Source: an uncultured Phycisphaerales bacterium (GTDB lineage Bacteria > Planctomycetota > Phycisphaerae > Tepidisphaerales > Tepidisphaeraceae). Taken from it: DNA of 64,000 bases. Below, piece by piece: positions 11,824-21,526 of this stretch. The stretch is from the NCBI GenBank assembly GCA_963844715.1, contig CAWJPJ010000006.1, positions 1,152,001-1,216,000 of the forward strand. The letters are read 5' to 3'. The notes under the pieces are model-generated. The model did no database searches and had not been told where the DNA came from. It saw nothing but the letters and a program-made list of their open reading frames with translations. Numbering within the stretch: position 1 is the stretch's first letter; each line of letters begins with the position of its first letter. Both the position numbers and the translations under genes were made by a program.

Positions 11824-12774
11824 TCAGTTTCCGCCCGACCCGGAGATCGGAGCGGAGTCCTGCCCGGCGGATTTATTGTGGATGGCAAATCGGACTTGCT
11901 GTTCATTGTTTCCGCGGACCACTTGCATGATCCACGAATCCTGCCCGCCCGAACCCTGACCGGACCCACCCATCGCTGAACTGGCCAGCGAGGTCAGGCT
12001 CGGCTGAGTCGACGGGGCCGCCGCGGCGGCAACGCCAGGATCAACCGTGTTGTAGCTGTCTCGCTGACCGCTTTGATGCCCGCGCAGATCGGCGAGCGTC
12101 ATGTCCGGCGTGTCAACCAGCGAAAGGTCGTTGCCGCTACGCAGAGAGAGCCGCGGCCGGCCCGTCGCGCTGGCAAGTTCAAGCATCTCCGCCTGCACGG
12201 GAGTCACCAGGACGGTCACGCTGTGACCGCCGCCGTCGCTTCCGTCGCCCGGATTGTGCCGCATTCCCACCGCCGTGACCAAAACGTTCTGGGCGATGGT
12301 CCGCGCGATGCTCCCGCCGGTCGCGTCGTCACGCAAAGTCTGAATGATGTCGACGTGGCATCCCGGCAGAACGTTGCCGGCCACGCCGCTGATCTCGTTG
12401 ATCTCCAGCGTGATGGCTCGCATGCCCATGGGGACCACGGCCTGAAGGCCCGCGCCAACGCCCTTGGGCGCCAGCAGGGTCTTGGTGATGACCTGGCCCT
12501 GCACGATCAGCACGCTGGCCACGCGGCCCAGGAGTTCGCCCGGATCAGAGAAGACCGTGTCCGGAACAATTTCCGTCGACAGTTCTCCCTTGGTCAGGTT
12601 GTCCTCCGTCAACACCGCTCCAGCGTCGATGTTGTCCTTCGCCATGACCACCTGCGGCCGCTTAGGCTGCGCGCTGGCGGACTGCTGGTTATTGATAAAG
12701 CGCATGGTCATGTATAACGTGACCAGGCCCAACCCCAACGCCAAGATGAGCGGACCAAACTTTTTAACGTTCAT
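11824..12774 (-). CDS. cpaB: Flp pilus assembly protein CpaB/RcpC
   Basis: SAF domain, GMRAITLEINEISGVAG...PGCHVDI, VTVLVTPVQAE..LSLR. Confidence 0.9.
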   Translation of the reverse strand: MNVKKFGPLILALGLGLVTLYMTMRFINNQQSASAQPKRPQVVMAKDNIDAGAVLTEDNLTKGELSTEIVPDTVFSDPGELLGRVASVLIVQGQVITKTLLAPKGVGAGLQAVVPMGMRAITLEINEISGVAGNVLPGCHVDIIQTLRDDATGGSIARTIAQNVLVTAVGMRHNPGDGSDGGGHSVTVLVTPVQAEMLELASATGRPRLSLRSGNDLSLVDTPDMTLADLRGHQSGQRDSYNTVDPGVAAAAAPSTQPSLTSLASSAMGGSGQGSGGQDSWIMQVVRGNNEQQVRFAIHNKSAGQDSAPISGSGGN

Positions 12775-12990
12775 AAGATATCTCCCAAGGACATTCGCCT
12801 TCGAAGTTGTTGTCGGAAAGATCGGATTTGTGGTTTAGGACGTTCGCGGTAACTTTTATGTTTTGTCACGCCCGGTATTATCTGACGCCCCCAACACGCG
12901 CGGATTGTCCCCGGCTGGCCCATCCATCCTGATCCGCACTCTTTTATTGGCTCCCACTCCCGGACACGAAAACTGCCGGCATACTGACGA

Positions 12991-13593
12991 TTATTGGGCT
13001 TCCTTGCGCATCACGCATGAAGTCGTGAGCAGGTGCCCGTTTTGTGCCAAGGGCCCATTCAATAGATTAAGCGCCGACTCATGGAAGGGTCCGCCCTCGA
13101 TGCTCCAGTTACAGGAGATGGTCACCATCAAGCCATCGCCCACCGTCATCGTATTCATAGCCGCAGTAGTCATCGCCGTGTGCGTGGCATAAGTGCTGCC
13201 CGAGCAATCGAAAAACGTCACCGTGAAATTCCCGACCGTGAACGGCGACGTGGTCGTGTAGCTCGTTCCGGTCGGAACCAACTGAGCGGCGATCAGTTCG
13301 TTGGCAACGACCCCCATCACGCTGGCGTAGCTCCCCTGCGGGCCGTTCACTCCGCTGCCGGTTCCGGCCTGATACGCCAGAATTCCGTTTCGGCATCCAT
13401 CCCGCGCGGCGTCGGTCATGACGCTTTTCACGTAAAAGTATTGCCCGCCCTCGATCGCTCCGTAAAGAATCATGCAAAGCAATAGACCGCAGACGGCGAG
13501 TTCCAGAACCGCCCCGCCGCGCCGACGGCGCAGGGACCCGCGCCGAACTAATCGATCCGTCCGCAACAAAACTGCTCCTGATTTCATGGTCAT
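12991..13593 (-). CDS. TadE/TadF-like pseudopilin
   Basis: RRRRG|GAVLELA, AARDGCR, C-terminal MRKEAQ. Confidence 0.85.
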   Translation of the reverse strand: MTMKSGAVLLRTDRLVRRGSLRRRRGGAVLELAVCGLLLCMILYGAIEGGQYFYVKSVMTDAARDGCRNGILAYQAGTGSGVNGPQGSYASVMGVVANELIAAQLVPTGTSYTTTSPFTVGNFTVTFFDCSGSTYATHTAMTTAAMNTMTVGDGLMVTISCNWSIEGGPFHESALNLLNGPLAQNGHLLTTSCVMRKEAQ

Positions 13594-13628
13594 CTCGCAG
13601 CTAATGAGCCAAATAAGACCGCGCCAAT

Positions 13629-14200
13629 TTACTGGGCTTCCTTTCGGAGGATGCACGTCGCGACGATGTCTCCGCCGTTATGCGTGGGATTAAGATAACC
13701 GCCGCCGTGACTGCTTCGCGCGAAACCGCCGATCGTCGCCCAGGTCGCGCTGATTTGCACTTCCAGTCCATCCCCCACCACGACGGTCTGCGGATCTTTG
13801 TAAGCCGTAGCCCCCCCATTGGTTCCCGTGTCAAAGTTGTAGTCGTAGTAGTTGACGGTGTAGTTTCCGATCGTGTAATTCCCCCCGCTGCCGGTGGTCG
13901 TTGTTCCGTGAGGGACCAATCCGGCATTTCCCAGATAGCCGGCGATCACCGCATTACAGCTGGTGGCATTCCCTGTCCCCGACGAGCTTTGCAGAATCCC
14001 GTTTCGGCATCCTTCGCGCGCCGCCCCGTTCATCATGTTTCTGCAATAGAAAAACCAGCTCGCTTCGACGGTGCCGAATGTGAACGCCATCAGAACGATT
14101 CCGCACAGCGCCGTCTCGACCAGCGTACCCCCCCGCCGACGCGCGGCATGCCTTGCTTCCGGCTTACACGATCCCGATATATCTGCATCAGCGATCTCAC
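13629..14200 (-). CDS. TadE/TadF-like pseudopilin (frameshift in leader near 14145)
   Basis: In-frame upstream of the tracked ORF: RRRG|GTLVETALC; AAREGCR; ends LRKEAQ like its neighbour; GTG start at 14200 needs one frameshift. Confidence 0.8.
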
Positions 14201-14213
14201 GGCATTCTCCCGG

Positions 14214-14765
14214 TTACGTGCAAAACGCCAAAACCAATACCGTCGCCACCAGCGCCGGGACCGCATACGGCAGCGGCCTCGCCACGCTCTTCATGGATCG
14301 GCCGCTCTCGACCGCATGTTCAATCCCCGTCTCCGGCGCGTAGGCGAATCCCGCCACGATCAGCGCGCTGTTGCGGAACAGCGTCCCAATGCGCCGTTGC
14401 GCCGTCGCCTGGACCAAAACGATCACCAGCCCGACCAGCGCTTCGGCCATGAACACAAGAAAGACCCCTTTGGGTCCGAGCCACGATCCGATTGCGGCCA
14501 AAAGTTTCACGTCCCCCCCGCCCAGGGCGGAGATGGCAAACAGCGCGAATCCGAGCCCTCCACCGACGAAGAGGCCCGAGACTGAATTCCCCAGGCCGGA
14601 CAGTCCGTGCATCCATGACGCACGGGCCACGCCTGCCGTCATCAGGCTCAGCGTCAGCCAGTTGGGAATCCGGCGCCACTTGATATCCGTCCACGCCGCG
14701 GTCACCAGACACGCGATCAGCGGCGCCAGTCGGATCCACATGGCCAGGTTAATGTTCGCACCCAT
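14214..14765 (-). CDS. cpaA: Prepilin peptidase CpaA/TadV (A24)
   Basis: AWTDIKWRRIPN, LGGGDVKL, LPYA. Confidence 0.9.
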   Translation of the reverse strand: MGANINLAMWIRLAPLIACLVTAAWTDIKWRRIPNWLTLSLMTAGVARASWMHGLSGLGNSVSGLFVGGGLGFALFAISALGGGDVKLLAAIGSWLGPKGVFLVFMAEALVGLVIVLVQATAQRRIGTLFRNSALIVAGFAYAPETGIEHAVESGRSMKSVARPLPYAVPALVATVLVLAFCT

Positions 14766-14773
14766 TCAATTTC

Positions 14774-14944
14774 TCACAACGACGAGTTCAGGCTCGACCA
14801 TTTCGCGGCGACTTTTACGCCGACCTTCCCGATCACCGAAATTGCGCCGACGATAATCAGCCCGGCGACCAGGGCGTATTCCAACGTCTCCCCACCCGTC
14901 TCGTCGCGGAACAGCCGCGACAGCACCACTGCCAAACCTCGCAT
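14774..14944 (-). CDS. flp: Flp pilin (56 aa)
   Basis: MRGLAVVLSRLFRDETG|GETLEYALVAGLII...WSSLNSSL. Confidence 0.9.
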   Translation of the reverse strand: MRGLAVVLSRLFRDETGGETLEYALVAGLIIVGAISVIGKVGVKVAAKWSSLNSSL

Positions 14945-15019
14945 GACACATCTCCCGAATCCCCCACAAAGCGATCCGGAAGGCTTGGGCCCAAGCCCCG
15001 ATGCCCGGGCCCGAGCCAT

Positions 15020-15190
15020 TTAAAGTGAACTGTTCACCGACGACCATTTCGCGGCGACTTTCGTCCCGATGGCGCCGATGACGGCGAGCGCGGCCACCGT
15101 GATCAATCCCGCGATGAGCACGTACTCGAGGACTTCGCCGCCCTGCTCGTCCGCGATCATCGAACGCAATCGCCCTGAAAACCGTTTCAT
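15020..15190 (-). CDS. flp: Flp pilin (56 aa)
   Basis: MKRFSGRLRSMIADEQG|GEVLEYVLIAGLI...; AAGGAG RBS. Confidence 0.9.
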   Translation of the reverse strand: MKRFSGRLRSMIADEQGGEVLEYVLIAGLITVAALAVIGAIGTKVAAKWSSVNSSL

Positions 15191-15312
15191 GATATTCTCC
15201 TTGATAGCGGCCAAGGTATCTCCGTGCCGCTTCAAAGCTGCTTCTTTCATCGGTTTTACCGGCAAGCTGGTTAACCTTTGCCGGATGCGCCGGATGAAAA
15301 TCAACTTCACCC

Positions 15313-15370
15313 AAAAGCGAAAGTGGTGGAATCCTCGGCACTGAGTCCGGGCTTCCACCACTTTCGGCTT
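15313..15370 (-). terminator. Hairpin/terminator downstream of flp 15485-15655
   Basis: cgaaagtggtggaa ... ttccaccactttcg 14-bp stem followed by CTTTT on the minus strand. Confidence 0.6.
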
Positions 15371-15484
15371 GCGCGGCATCTGCCGCTGATGGGCTGCTTG
15401 GAACAACACCTTCGGCATGAACGGCGCCGGCCGGTAGCCGCGCCTGTCGTCAGTGTGTCCAATGCTTCGTGCCCGTCGGTTCGC

Positions 15485-15655
15485 TTACATCGAGCTGTTC
15501 AGCGAACTCCACTTGGCAGCGACCTTGGTGCCGACCGAACCAATGACGGTAATGGCGGCGACCACGATCAGACCGGCAATGAGAGCGTATTCCAACACCT
15601 CACCACCCTGCTCATCACGGACAAGCTTACCCACGAGATTCACAATCGCCTTCAT
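15485..15655 (-). CDS. flp: Flp pilin (56 aa), candidate major pilin
   Basis: MKAIVNLVGKLVRDEQG|GEVLEYALIAGLIVV...; GGGAG RBS. Confidence 0.9.
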   Translation of the reverse strand: MKAIVNLVGKLVRDEQGGEVLEYALIAGLIVVAAITVIGSVGTKVAAKWSSLNSSM

Positions 15656-15991
15656 AATGTTCTCCCAGTAAGGCGACCCGTTGTTCCGCGTCGGCCCTCG
15701 GCCCTCACAGGCCGGCACCTTCAGCCCCAAACGTCTGTTCGGACTTAACGCGCGCAGGCGTTGTTGCGCCAGAGGCATCGTTACCCATATGTAACGCGCC
15801 TCTCCAAGCCCGGCCGCTGTTGATGACTCGAATAGTCCCCGCATACGGCCGGACCTGCATGCAGGATTCTCATCGTCTGTGAGGAGCCTCCGCTTAACAT
15901 CGAACCGGCAATTTTTGCCGGACGATCCCGCGAGGCAGAAAAGGCAGGAGCATTCCGTTTATCGGACGCAAGAATTCCGATTTTTGACAAG

Positions 15992-17304
15992 CTATTGATC
16001 GGAGGAAAGCTTCACCGGCGTAAGCCGCGGCGCCAGAAGATGGAGGCAAATCACCGCAAGCAGATAAACCGTCCCGGCGATGCAGAACATGATGAGATAG
16101 CTCCCCGTGACCTGTTTGATCCAGCCGCTTCCGTAATTCATGAGAATCCCGCCCACCCCGCCGCAGAATCCCGCCAGTCCGACAACCGATCCGACGGCGC
16201 TTTTGCGAAACATATCGGACGTGAGCGTGAAGATATTGGCCGAGAATCCCTGGTGCGCCGCCGCCGCCAATCCAATTAGTAACGCCGCCGTCCATTTTTG
16301 CGCCACCAGGGGCGCTCCGCAAACGGGAAGCACGGCCACCGCGCAGGTGAACATCGCCGTTTTTCGCGCCGCGTTGGGCGTCCAGCCCCGGCGGATCAGC
16401 GCCGAGGAAAACCACCCCCCCGCCAGCGATCCGACATCCGCCATCACATATATAAGGATAAGCGGACCCGCCAGGCCCTTGAGCTGGACGCCGAATTTGT
16501 CGTAGAAAAATTTACCGGACCAGAAGAGATAGAACCACCAGATCGGATCGGTGAGAAACTTCCCGACCATGATCGCCCAGGTCTGCCGATGGGGGAGCAA
16601 TTCGCGCCAGCGCACCGGCGCTTCGGATGTGATCGGGGTGTCCGCCTGAATCAGCTCCAGCTCGGCGCGATTGACGTGCTTTTCCTCGCCAGGCCGGCGA
16701 TAGATCGTCACCCAGCAGATAATCCAGATCGTCGCCAGGCAGGGTGTGATAAGAAAAGCGGCGGGCCATCCCCAGCGAAGCACCACGATCGGCACCGCCA
16801 GCGGCGCCAGGATCGCCCCGACGTTGGACCCGGCGTTGAATATGCCCGTCGCCGTCGCGCGCTCGCGCTGCGGGAACCATTCCGCGGTGGTTTTGATGGC
16901 CGCGGGAAAGTTACCGGACTCGCCGAGCCCGAGCAGAAATCGGCAAAGACCGAACTGAAACGCCGTTCGCGCAGCGCATGAGTCGCCGACGCCAGTGTCC
17001 AGAACGACAGCGCGATTGCGTAACCCAGCCGGGTCCCGACCGCGTCGATCAACCGACCCATGAAGATGAAACCCAGCGCGTACGCGGCGTTAAACGCCGC
17101 GTTGATTGCGCCGAATTCTTCGTCGGTCCAATGGATCTTCTGCTGGAGCGTGGGGGCCAAAACGCCCAGGATGCTCCGGTCGACGTAGTTGACCGTCGTG
17201 GCGTAGAACAGCAAGCCGCAGATGACCCAACGGAAGCGCGTCGGACGGTCGGGCTGATGCGCCGACGGCGTCTGCGCTGTCGTCAAACCAGTCTGAGCCG
17301 CCAT
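15992..17304 (-). CDS. exuT: MFS hexuronate transporter (ExuT-like), frameshift near 16960
   Basis: RWVICGLLFYATTVNYVDR, KFLTDPIWWFYLFW, AAAAHQGFSAN. Confidence 0.85.
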
Positions 17305-17381
17305 GACGCCTCGCTCCGCGACGAACTTACCCCCCGACCGCTTTATGGTAAGCGGTTGCGGATTGGCACGCCAGTGGCGTA

Positions 17382-17660
17382 TAGAGCAACTTCATCTGTT
17401 TTGTAGCGTCTGCGTTGCGTCCAGACGGGCCGGGCGCTAGGCAGAGCGACGAGTCATATCAGGTGAAGCGATATGGCGAGGAGCGATAACGCCGCGAACG
17501 GCCCGTCTGGACGCAACCCGGAGGGTCGTCGCCTTTTGCGGCCCATGCGTCGTTGCTCCTTCTCGCCGTATCGTTTCACCTGATACGACTCGTCGTCGCG
17601 CCTAGCCTGTGCCGCAAAAGGCGGCGACGCAGACGCTACAAAACAGATGAAGCTGCTCTA
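17382..17660. mobile_element. MITE-like element (279 bp) with 34-bp terminal inverted repeats and nested hairpins
   Basis: tagagcaacttcatctgttttgtagcgtctgcgt ... acgcagacgctacaaaacagatgaagctgctcta (1 mismatch), TA at both ends, no credible ORF. Confidence 0.8.
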
Positions 17661-17934
17661 ATCCCCAATTCGGGAAGCGACATGCACGGCGCATTCCGAG
17701 GCGGCGGGGCGTTTAGCCCGCGCCGCGCTCGGATTGTCCGTTACGCCGCCTTGGTTCGGCAAGCACGCCGCGGAACCGCCTTTCGGCGGGCGCGACTTCC
17801 CTGCGATGTGAAACAAAGACAACCGCAACTTCGGGGACTGCACCGATCACGCTTTCGGCATTGAATGCCGATCAGCCCCGCGTGCCGGCGCAGTCGCGCC
17901 GTCCACAATCCGGTCGCCTCTGAACTGCCTGCTA

Positions 17935-18105
17935 TTACAGGCTGCTGTTCAGCGAGTTCCATCGCGCAAGGACCTTGCCGCCGACGCCACCGATGGTCAG
18001 GATAGCCAGGACGACGATCAGGCCGGCAACCAGTGCGTATTCCAGCACTTCGCCGCCCTCTTCACTGCACCACATGCTCACAACAAGATTCCGAAAGCCT
18101 TTCAT
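17935..18105 (-). CDS. flp: Flp pilin (56 aa), not in ORF track
   Basis: Manual translation MKGFRNLVVSMWCSEEG|GEVLEYALVAGLIVVLAILTIGGVGGKVLARWNSLNSSL*; AAGGAGG RBS. Confidence 0.9.
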   Translation of the reverse strand: MKGFRNLVVSMWCSEEGGEVLEYALVAGLIVVLAILTIGGVGGKVLARWNSLNSSL

Positions 18106-18414
18106 AAGGCCCTCCTTATAGAGACTACAACTTCAATACAATTCGGATCGCCCGTCTCTAAAACGTCCTATTGTCTACAAGTTGCGCGGCTGCAAAGGGC
18201 CGCGGTTCCCACTGCTGACGCCGCAAGGGCGCCGGCATTTTCTTAGACCTGTCGTCTCAATATTCACCACGTTTTTACCCCCGTCAAATCAGCCCGACCG
18301 TTTGGAATCGTGGGTAAACATTGAGTTTATGCACGCCTTGCACCGCACCGACGACACAAATAGTTGTATTCGCTACATTCGATATAGACGCTTCGCATGC
18401 CGTGATATGGCGGC

Positions 18415-18579
18415 TTACTGCATGCCGCTGTTCAGCGAGGTCCAGTCCGCGCTGACCTTGCTGCCCACGCCGATGATGATCACCAGCGCCCCCACCACGA
18501 TCAACCCGGCGACGATCGCGTATTCCAGAACTTCGCCGCCCTGGTCGTCGCGAACCAGGCGCGTAAGCAATTGTTTCAT
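18415..18579 (-). CDS. flp: Flp pilin (54 aa)
   Basis: MKQLLTRLVRDDQG|GEVLEYAIVAGLIVV...WTSLNSGMQ. Confidence 0.9.
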   Translation of the reverse strand: MKQLLTRLVRDDQGGEVLEYAIVAGLIVVGALVIIIGVGSKVSADWTSLNSGMQ

Positions 18580-18812
18580 CACGATGCACCTCTTCCCTCG
18601 ACAGCGCGAAGATGGATGGCCCCGTACTCCAGCACGCCGAGTATTCACCAGATTCCCGCTAAATCAACGGCGTATTCCGCCGCCGGCGTCCCTTTGGCCC
18701 GCGTGGGAGTCCGCGGAATCTGGCATATCCGGGTCAGACGGATTAAACCCACTCAAATTGGGTGCTATAACTATCTTTCGAGTAGAATGCCGTTAAAGCA
18801 AAGGACTCAAAA

Positions 18813-19859
18813 ATGAACTTGCCAACCCCGCTTCTTGCCGACGGCGATATGCCGACTTTCCTGATCATCTGCGCCGTCGCCGGCATCATCGTCTTCCTGG
18901 TGCTCTTTGCGATCATGGCGCAATTCGTGGGGCTGTACATCCGCGCCCGCGTCAGCGGCGCGCCCGTGGGATGGTTCGAACTCCTCGGCATGCGCTTCCG
19001 GAAAGTCAACGCCTTGGTCATCGTCAACAGCCGCATCCAGGCGAGCCGCGCCGGACTTGAAATCAGCCAGGCGGAAATGGAAAGCCATCTTCTCGCCGGC
19101 GGCGACGTCCCCCGCGTCATCAACGCGATGATCGCCGCCAGCAAGGCGGGCATCGAACTCCCCTGGCGGATCGCCACCGCGATCGATCTCGCGGGCCGCG
19201 ATATTCTCGGCGCCGTTCAGACCAGCGTGAATCCCAAAGTCATCGACGTGCCTAATCCGCAATTCGGACAGCCGACCATCGACGGCGTCTCCAAGGACGG
19301 CATCCAACTCAAAGTCAAAGCGCGCGTCACCGTGCGCACCAACATTCGCTCACTGGTCGGCGGGGCGACGGAGGAAACCGTCGTGGCCCGCGTAGGCGAA
19401 GGCATCGTGAACGCCATCGGCTCCGCCGATGACTACAAACACGTTCTGCAAAACCCCGACAACATCTCCAAGGCGGTTCTGGGCAAAGGCCTCGACGCCA
19501 ACACGGCGTTCGAGATTCTTTCCATCGACATCGCGGAGATCACCGTTGGCACCAACATCGGCGCCAAGCTCGCCGCCGACCGCGCCGACTCCGACACCCG
19601 GCGTTTCCAGGCCGAGGCCGAGCAGCGCCGCGCCATGGCCATCGCTCAGGAACGCGAAAACGTCGCGAAACAAGCCGAGAACCGCGCCCAGGTCGTGCTC
19701 GCCGAAGCGGAAATCCCCAAAGCCATCGCCGAGGCACTCCGCAGCGGAAATCTCGGCGTCATGGACTATTACAAATTCCAAAATATCCAAGCCGACACCG
19801 CCATGCGGGAATCCATTGCCAAGCCCCCCGAGGCCCCAACGAACAAACCCGAAACCTAA
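18813..19859 (+). CDS. floA: Flotillin-like protein FloA (YqfA/UPF0365)
   Basis: [48 protein letters not shown]. Confidence 0.95.
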   Translation: MNLPTPLLADGDMPTFLIICAVAGIIVFLVLFAIMAQFVGLYIRARVSGAPVGWFELLGMRFRKVNALVIVNSRIQASRAGLEISQAEMESHLLAGGDVPRVINAMIAASKAGIELPWRIATAIDLAGRDILGAVQTSVNPKVIDVPNPQFGQPTIDGVSKDGIQLKVKARVTVRTNIRSLVGGATEETVVARVGEGIVNAIGSADDYKHVLQNPDNISKAVLGKGLDANTAFEILSIDIAEITVGTNIGAKLAADRADSDTRRFQAEAEQRRAMAIAQERENVAKQAENRAQVVLAEAEIPKAIAEALRSGNLGVMDYYKFQNIQADTAMRESIAKPPEAPTNKPET

Positions 19860-19910
19860 TCGCAATAATATTTAGCGGCGGAGCGCAGCGCCGCGAGGAT
19901 TGAACTTCTC

Positions 19911-20234
19911 ATGGAAATCCTGATCCGAGCAATCATCGAGCAGATGGCCAAGAATAAATCCGGTCCTGCGGCTCCGCGCGGCGATCCGCATCTGACCCCC
20001 AAGCCGCCACCGCGCGTTCGCCGTCCTGGCGTCAATCCCGGCGCCCGGCCGGCTCCACCTCCGCTCCCCCCGACGCCCGCTCGCGCGGCCGTGAAGCCCG
20101 CGCCGCCGCCCGCTCCGCGCCCTCAATTGACCGGCAACAGAATCCGCCAGCTTCTCCACTCGCGCCCGGCGACGATGCGCACGATCTTCGTCTTGTCTGA
20201 AGTCCTGCAACCCCCCATAAGCCTTCGCCGTTGA
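19911..20234 (+). CDS. Pro-rich hypothetical protein (YqfB-like position downstream of floA)
   Basis: C-terminal VLSEVLQPPISLR resembles the tail of small proteins downstream of floA; GAGGA RBS. Confidence 0.5.
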   Translation: MEILIRAIIEQMAKNKSGPAAPRGDPHLTPKPPPRVRRPGVNPGARPAPPPLPPTPARAAVKPAPPPAPRPQLTGNRIRQLLHSRPATMRTIFVLSEVLQPPISLRR

Positions 20235-20236
20235 AA

Positions 20237-21526
20237 TCAAAGATCGGCAAACAGCCCTTCAGCGATGAAGTGTCCCTCGGCAACGCCCGGCGGACATGCG
20301 AACACGCCGCTGGCCGTATGCGTCAGGAATTGATTGAGCATGTCGATCTTCGACATCTGCTGGAAGATTTTTACAAACCCTGTACGCACATCCCGCTGGT
20401 AGCAAAGGAAAAATAATCCCGCATCGTATTCCATTCCCTGCCGCCAAGGCGGCCAGCGCTCGGAAGTGAAGTTGACGCCGTCATTGTACGAATAAGGCCG
20501 CCGAAGGATGCGGGCGCCGTCGTTGCTCGCGGGCATCCCCAGCCGCACATGGGCGTTATCCGGCACGATCGGATTTCCATCGCCGTCCACGGCATTCAGA
20601 TCGACCGCGTCGAATTCATTTTTTTCGCCCAGCCCCGCTCCGGAATATTTTTTTCTTCCGATGGTCTGCTCCTGAAACGCCACCGGCATCCGGTCCCAAT
20701 GCTCCAGCGCCATCCGAATGCGGCGTACGACGGCATACGTCCCGCCTTGCATCCACCCGGGCCCTTCTCGTCCCGACCAAATGAACTTGTCCATCAGCGC
20801 CGCGTCGTCCACCGAAGGATTCCCCGTTCCATCCTTAAATCCCATCAGATTGCGCGGCGTTTCGCCAGCGCCATACTCGGGAAGGAACCCGCTCTGGGCC
20901 CATCGAACTTCCGCCACACCATAGGCAAGCCGCGCCAATTGCCTGACCGCATGGAATGCGACCTGGGGATCGTCGGCACAAGCCTGCACCGAAAGATCCC
21001 CCCCGCTTCGAGCCGCCACGAGTTGATCGCCGTTGAATCGCGGAAGATCGATCAAAGCCGCGGGTCTGCGGGCGGCAAGTCCGAACCGATCCTTGCCGTC
21101 CTTAACGAATATTCCCGCTCCCAGCCCAAACGTCAGCGTAAGTCTCGCCGGCGACAGACCGACGGCTTCGCCTGAATCCGCCGCCGGAACCGAAAGGTCT
21201 TTATTCATCGCTTCCGCCGGTTGACCCGCAGCGAGCCGCGCCGCGGCAGCCGTCCAGCGACGAAAGAGATCCACCAGATCCTTGCGATTGCCGGCGCTGA
21301 CATCAAACGCCGCAAAATAAGTGTGCCGCTGCGCGGGGGTGAGAATTCCCGCCTGATGATTCCCCCAAAACGGAACCGTTGGATCGGAAGATGCGATCGG
21401 CGCGCGAGAGGTCACCCCCGTTGACTCCGCCAACGCCGACGCGCCGGCCGCCGCAAGGGCCCCGCCCGTGATGGCGAGGAACCGCCTCCGGCTCACCGCC
21501 AGTTTTTTTGATTCGTCGCCGCTCAT
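20237..21526 (-). CDS. Tat-exported Dyp-type peroxidase (EfeB-like)
   Basis: SRRRFL twin-arginine signal, RNLMGFKDGTGN (GxxDG), HVRL, ILRRPYSY. Confidence 0.9.
   Translation of the reverse strand: MSGDESKKLAVSRRRFLAITGGALAAAGASALAESTGVTSRAPIASSDPTVPFWGNHQAGILTPAQRHTYFAAFDVSAGNRKDLVDLFRRWTAAAARLAAGQPAEAMNKDLSVPAADSGEAVGLSPARLTLTFGLGAGIFVKDGKDRFGLAARRPAALIDLPRFNGDQLVAARSGGDLSVQACADDPQVAFHAVRQLARLAYGVAEVRWAQSGFLPEYGAGETPRNLMGFKDGTGNPSVDDAALMDKFIWSGREGPGWMQGGTYAVVRRIRMALEHWDRMPVAFQEQTIGRKKYSGAGLGEKNEFDAVDLNAVDGDGNPIVPDNAHVRLGMPASNDGARILRRPYSYNDGVNFTSERWPPWRQGMEYDAGLFFLCYQRDVRTGFVKIFQQMSKIDMLNQFLTHTASGVFACPPGVAEGHFIAEGLFADL

Noticed and set aside
14774..18579. Flp paralogues as diversity-generating retroelement or inversion (shufflon) cassettes
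   Set aside because: Each is a complete gene with its own start, all are co-oriented, and no reverse transcriptase or recombinase is present.
15191..18810. c-di-GMP riboswitches upstream of the flp genes
   Set aside because: Hairpins and GAAA loops are present, but I could not find the ordered c-di-GMP-I core (GGCAAAC...GAAA...GACGCAAAGC); an Rfam scan would settle it.
18813..20234. floA lacking an upstream NfeD gene
   Set aside because: The partner may lie elsewhere in the genome; a single absence is too weak to interpret.
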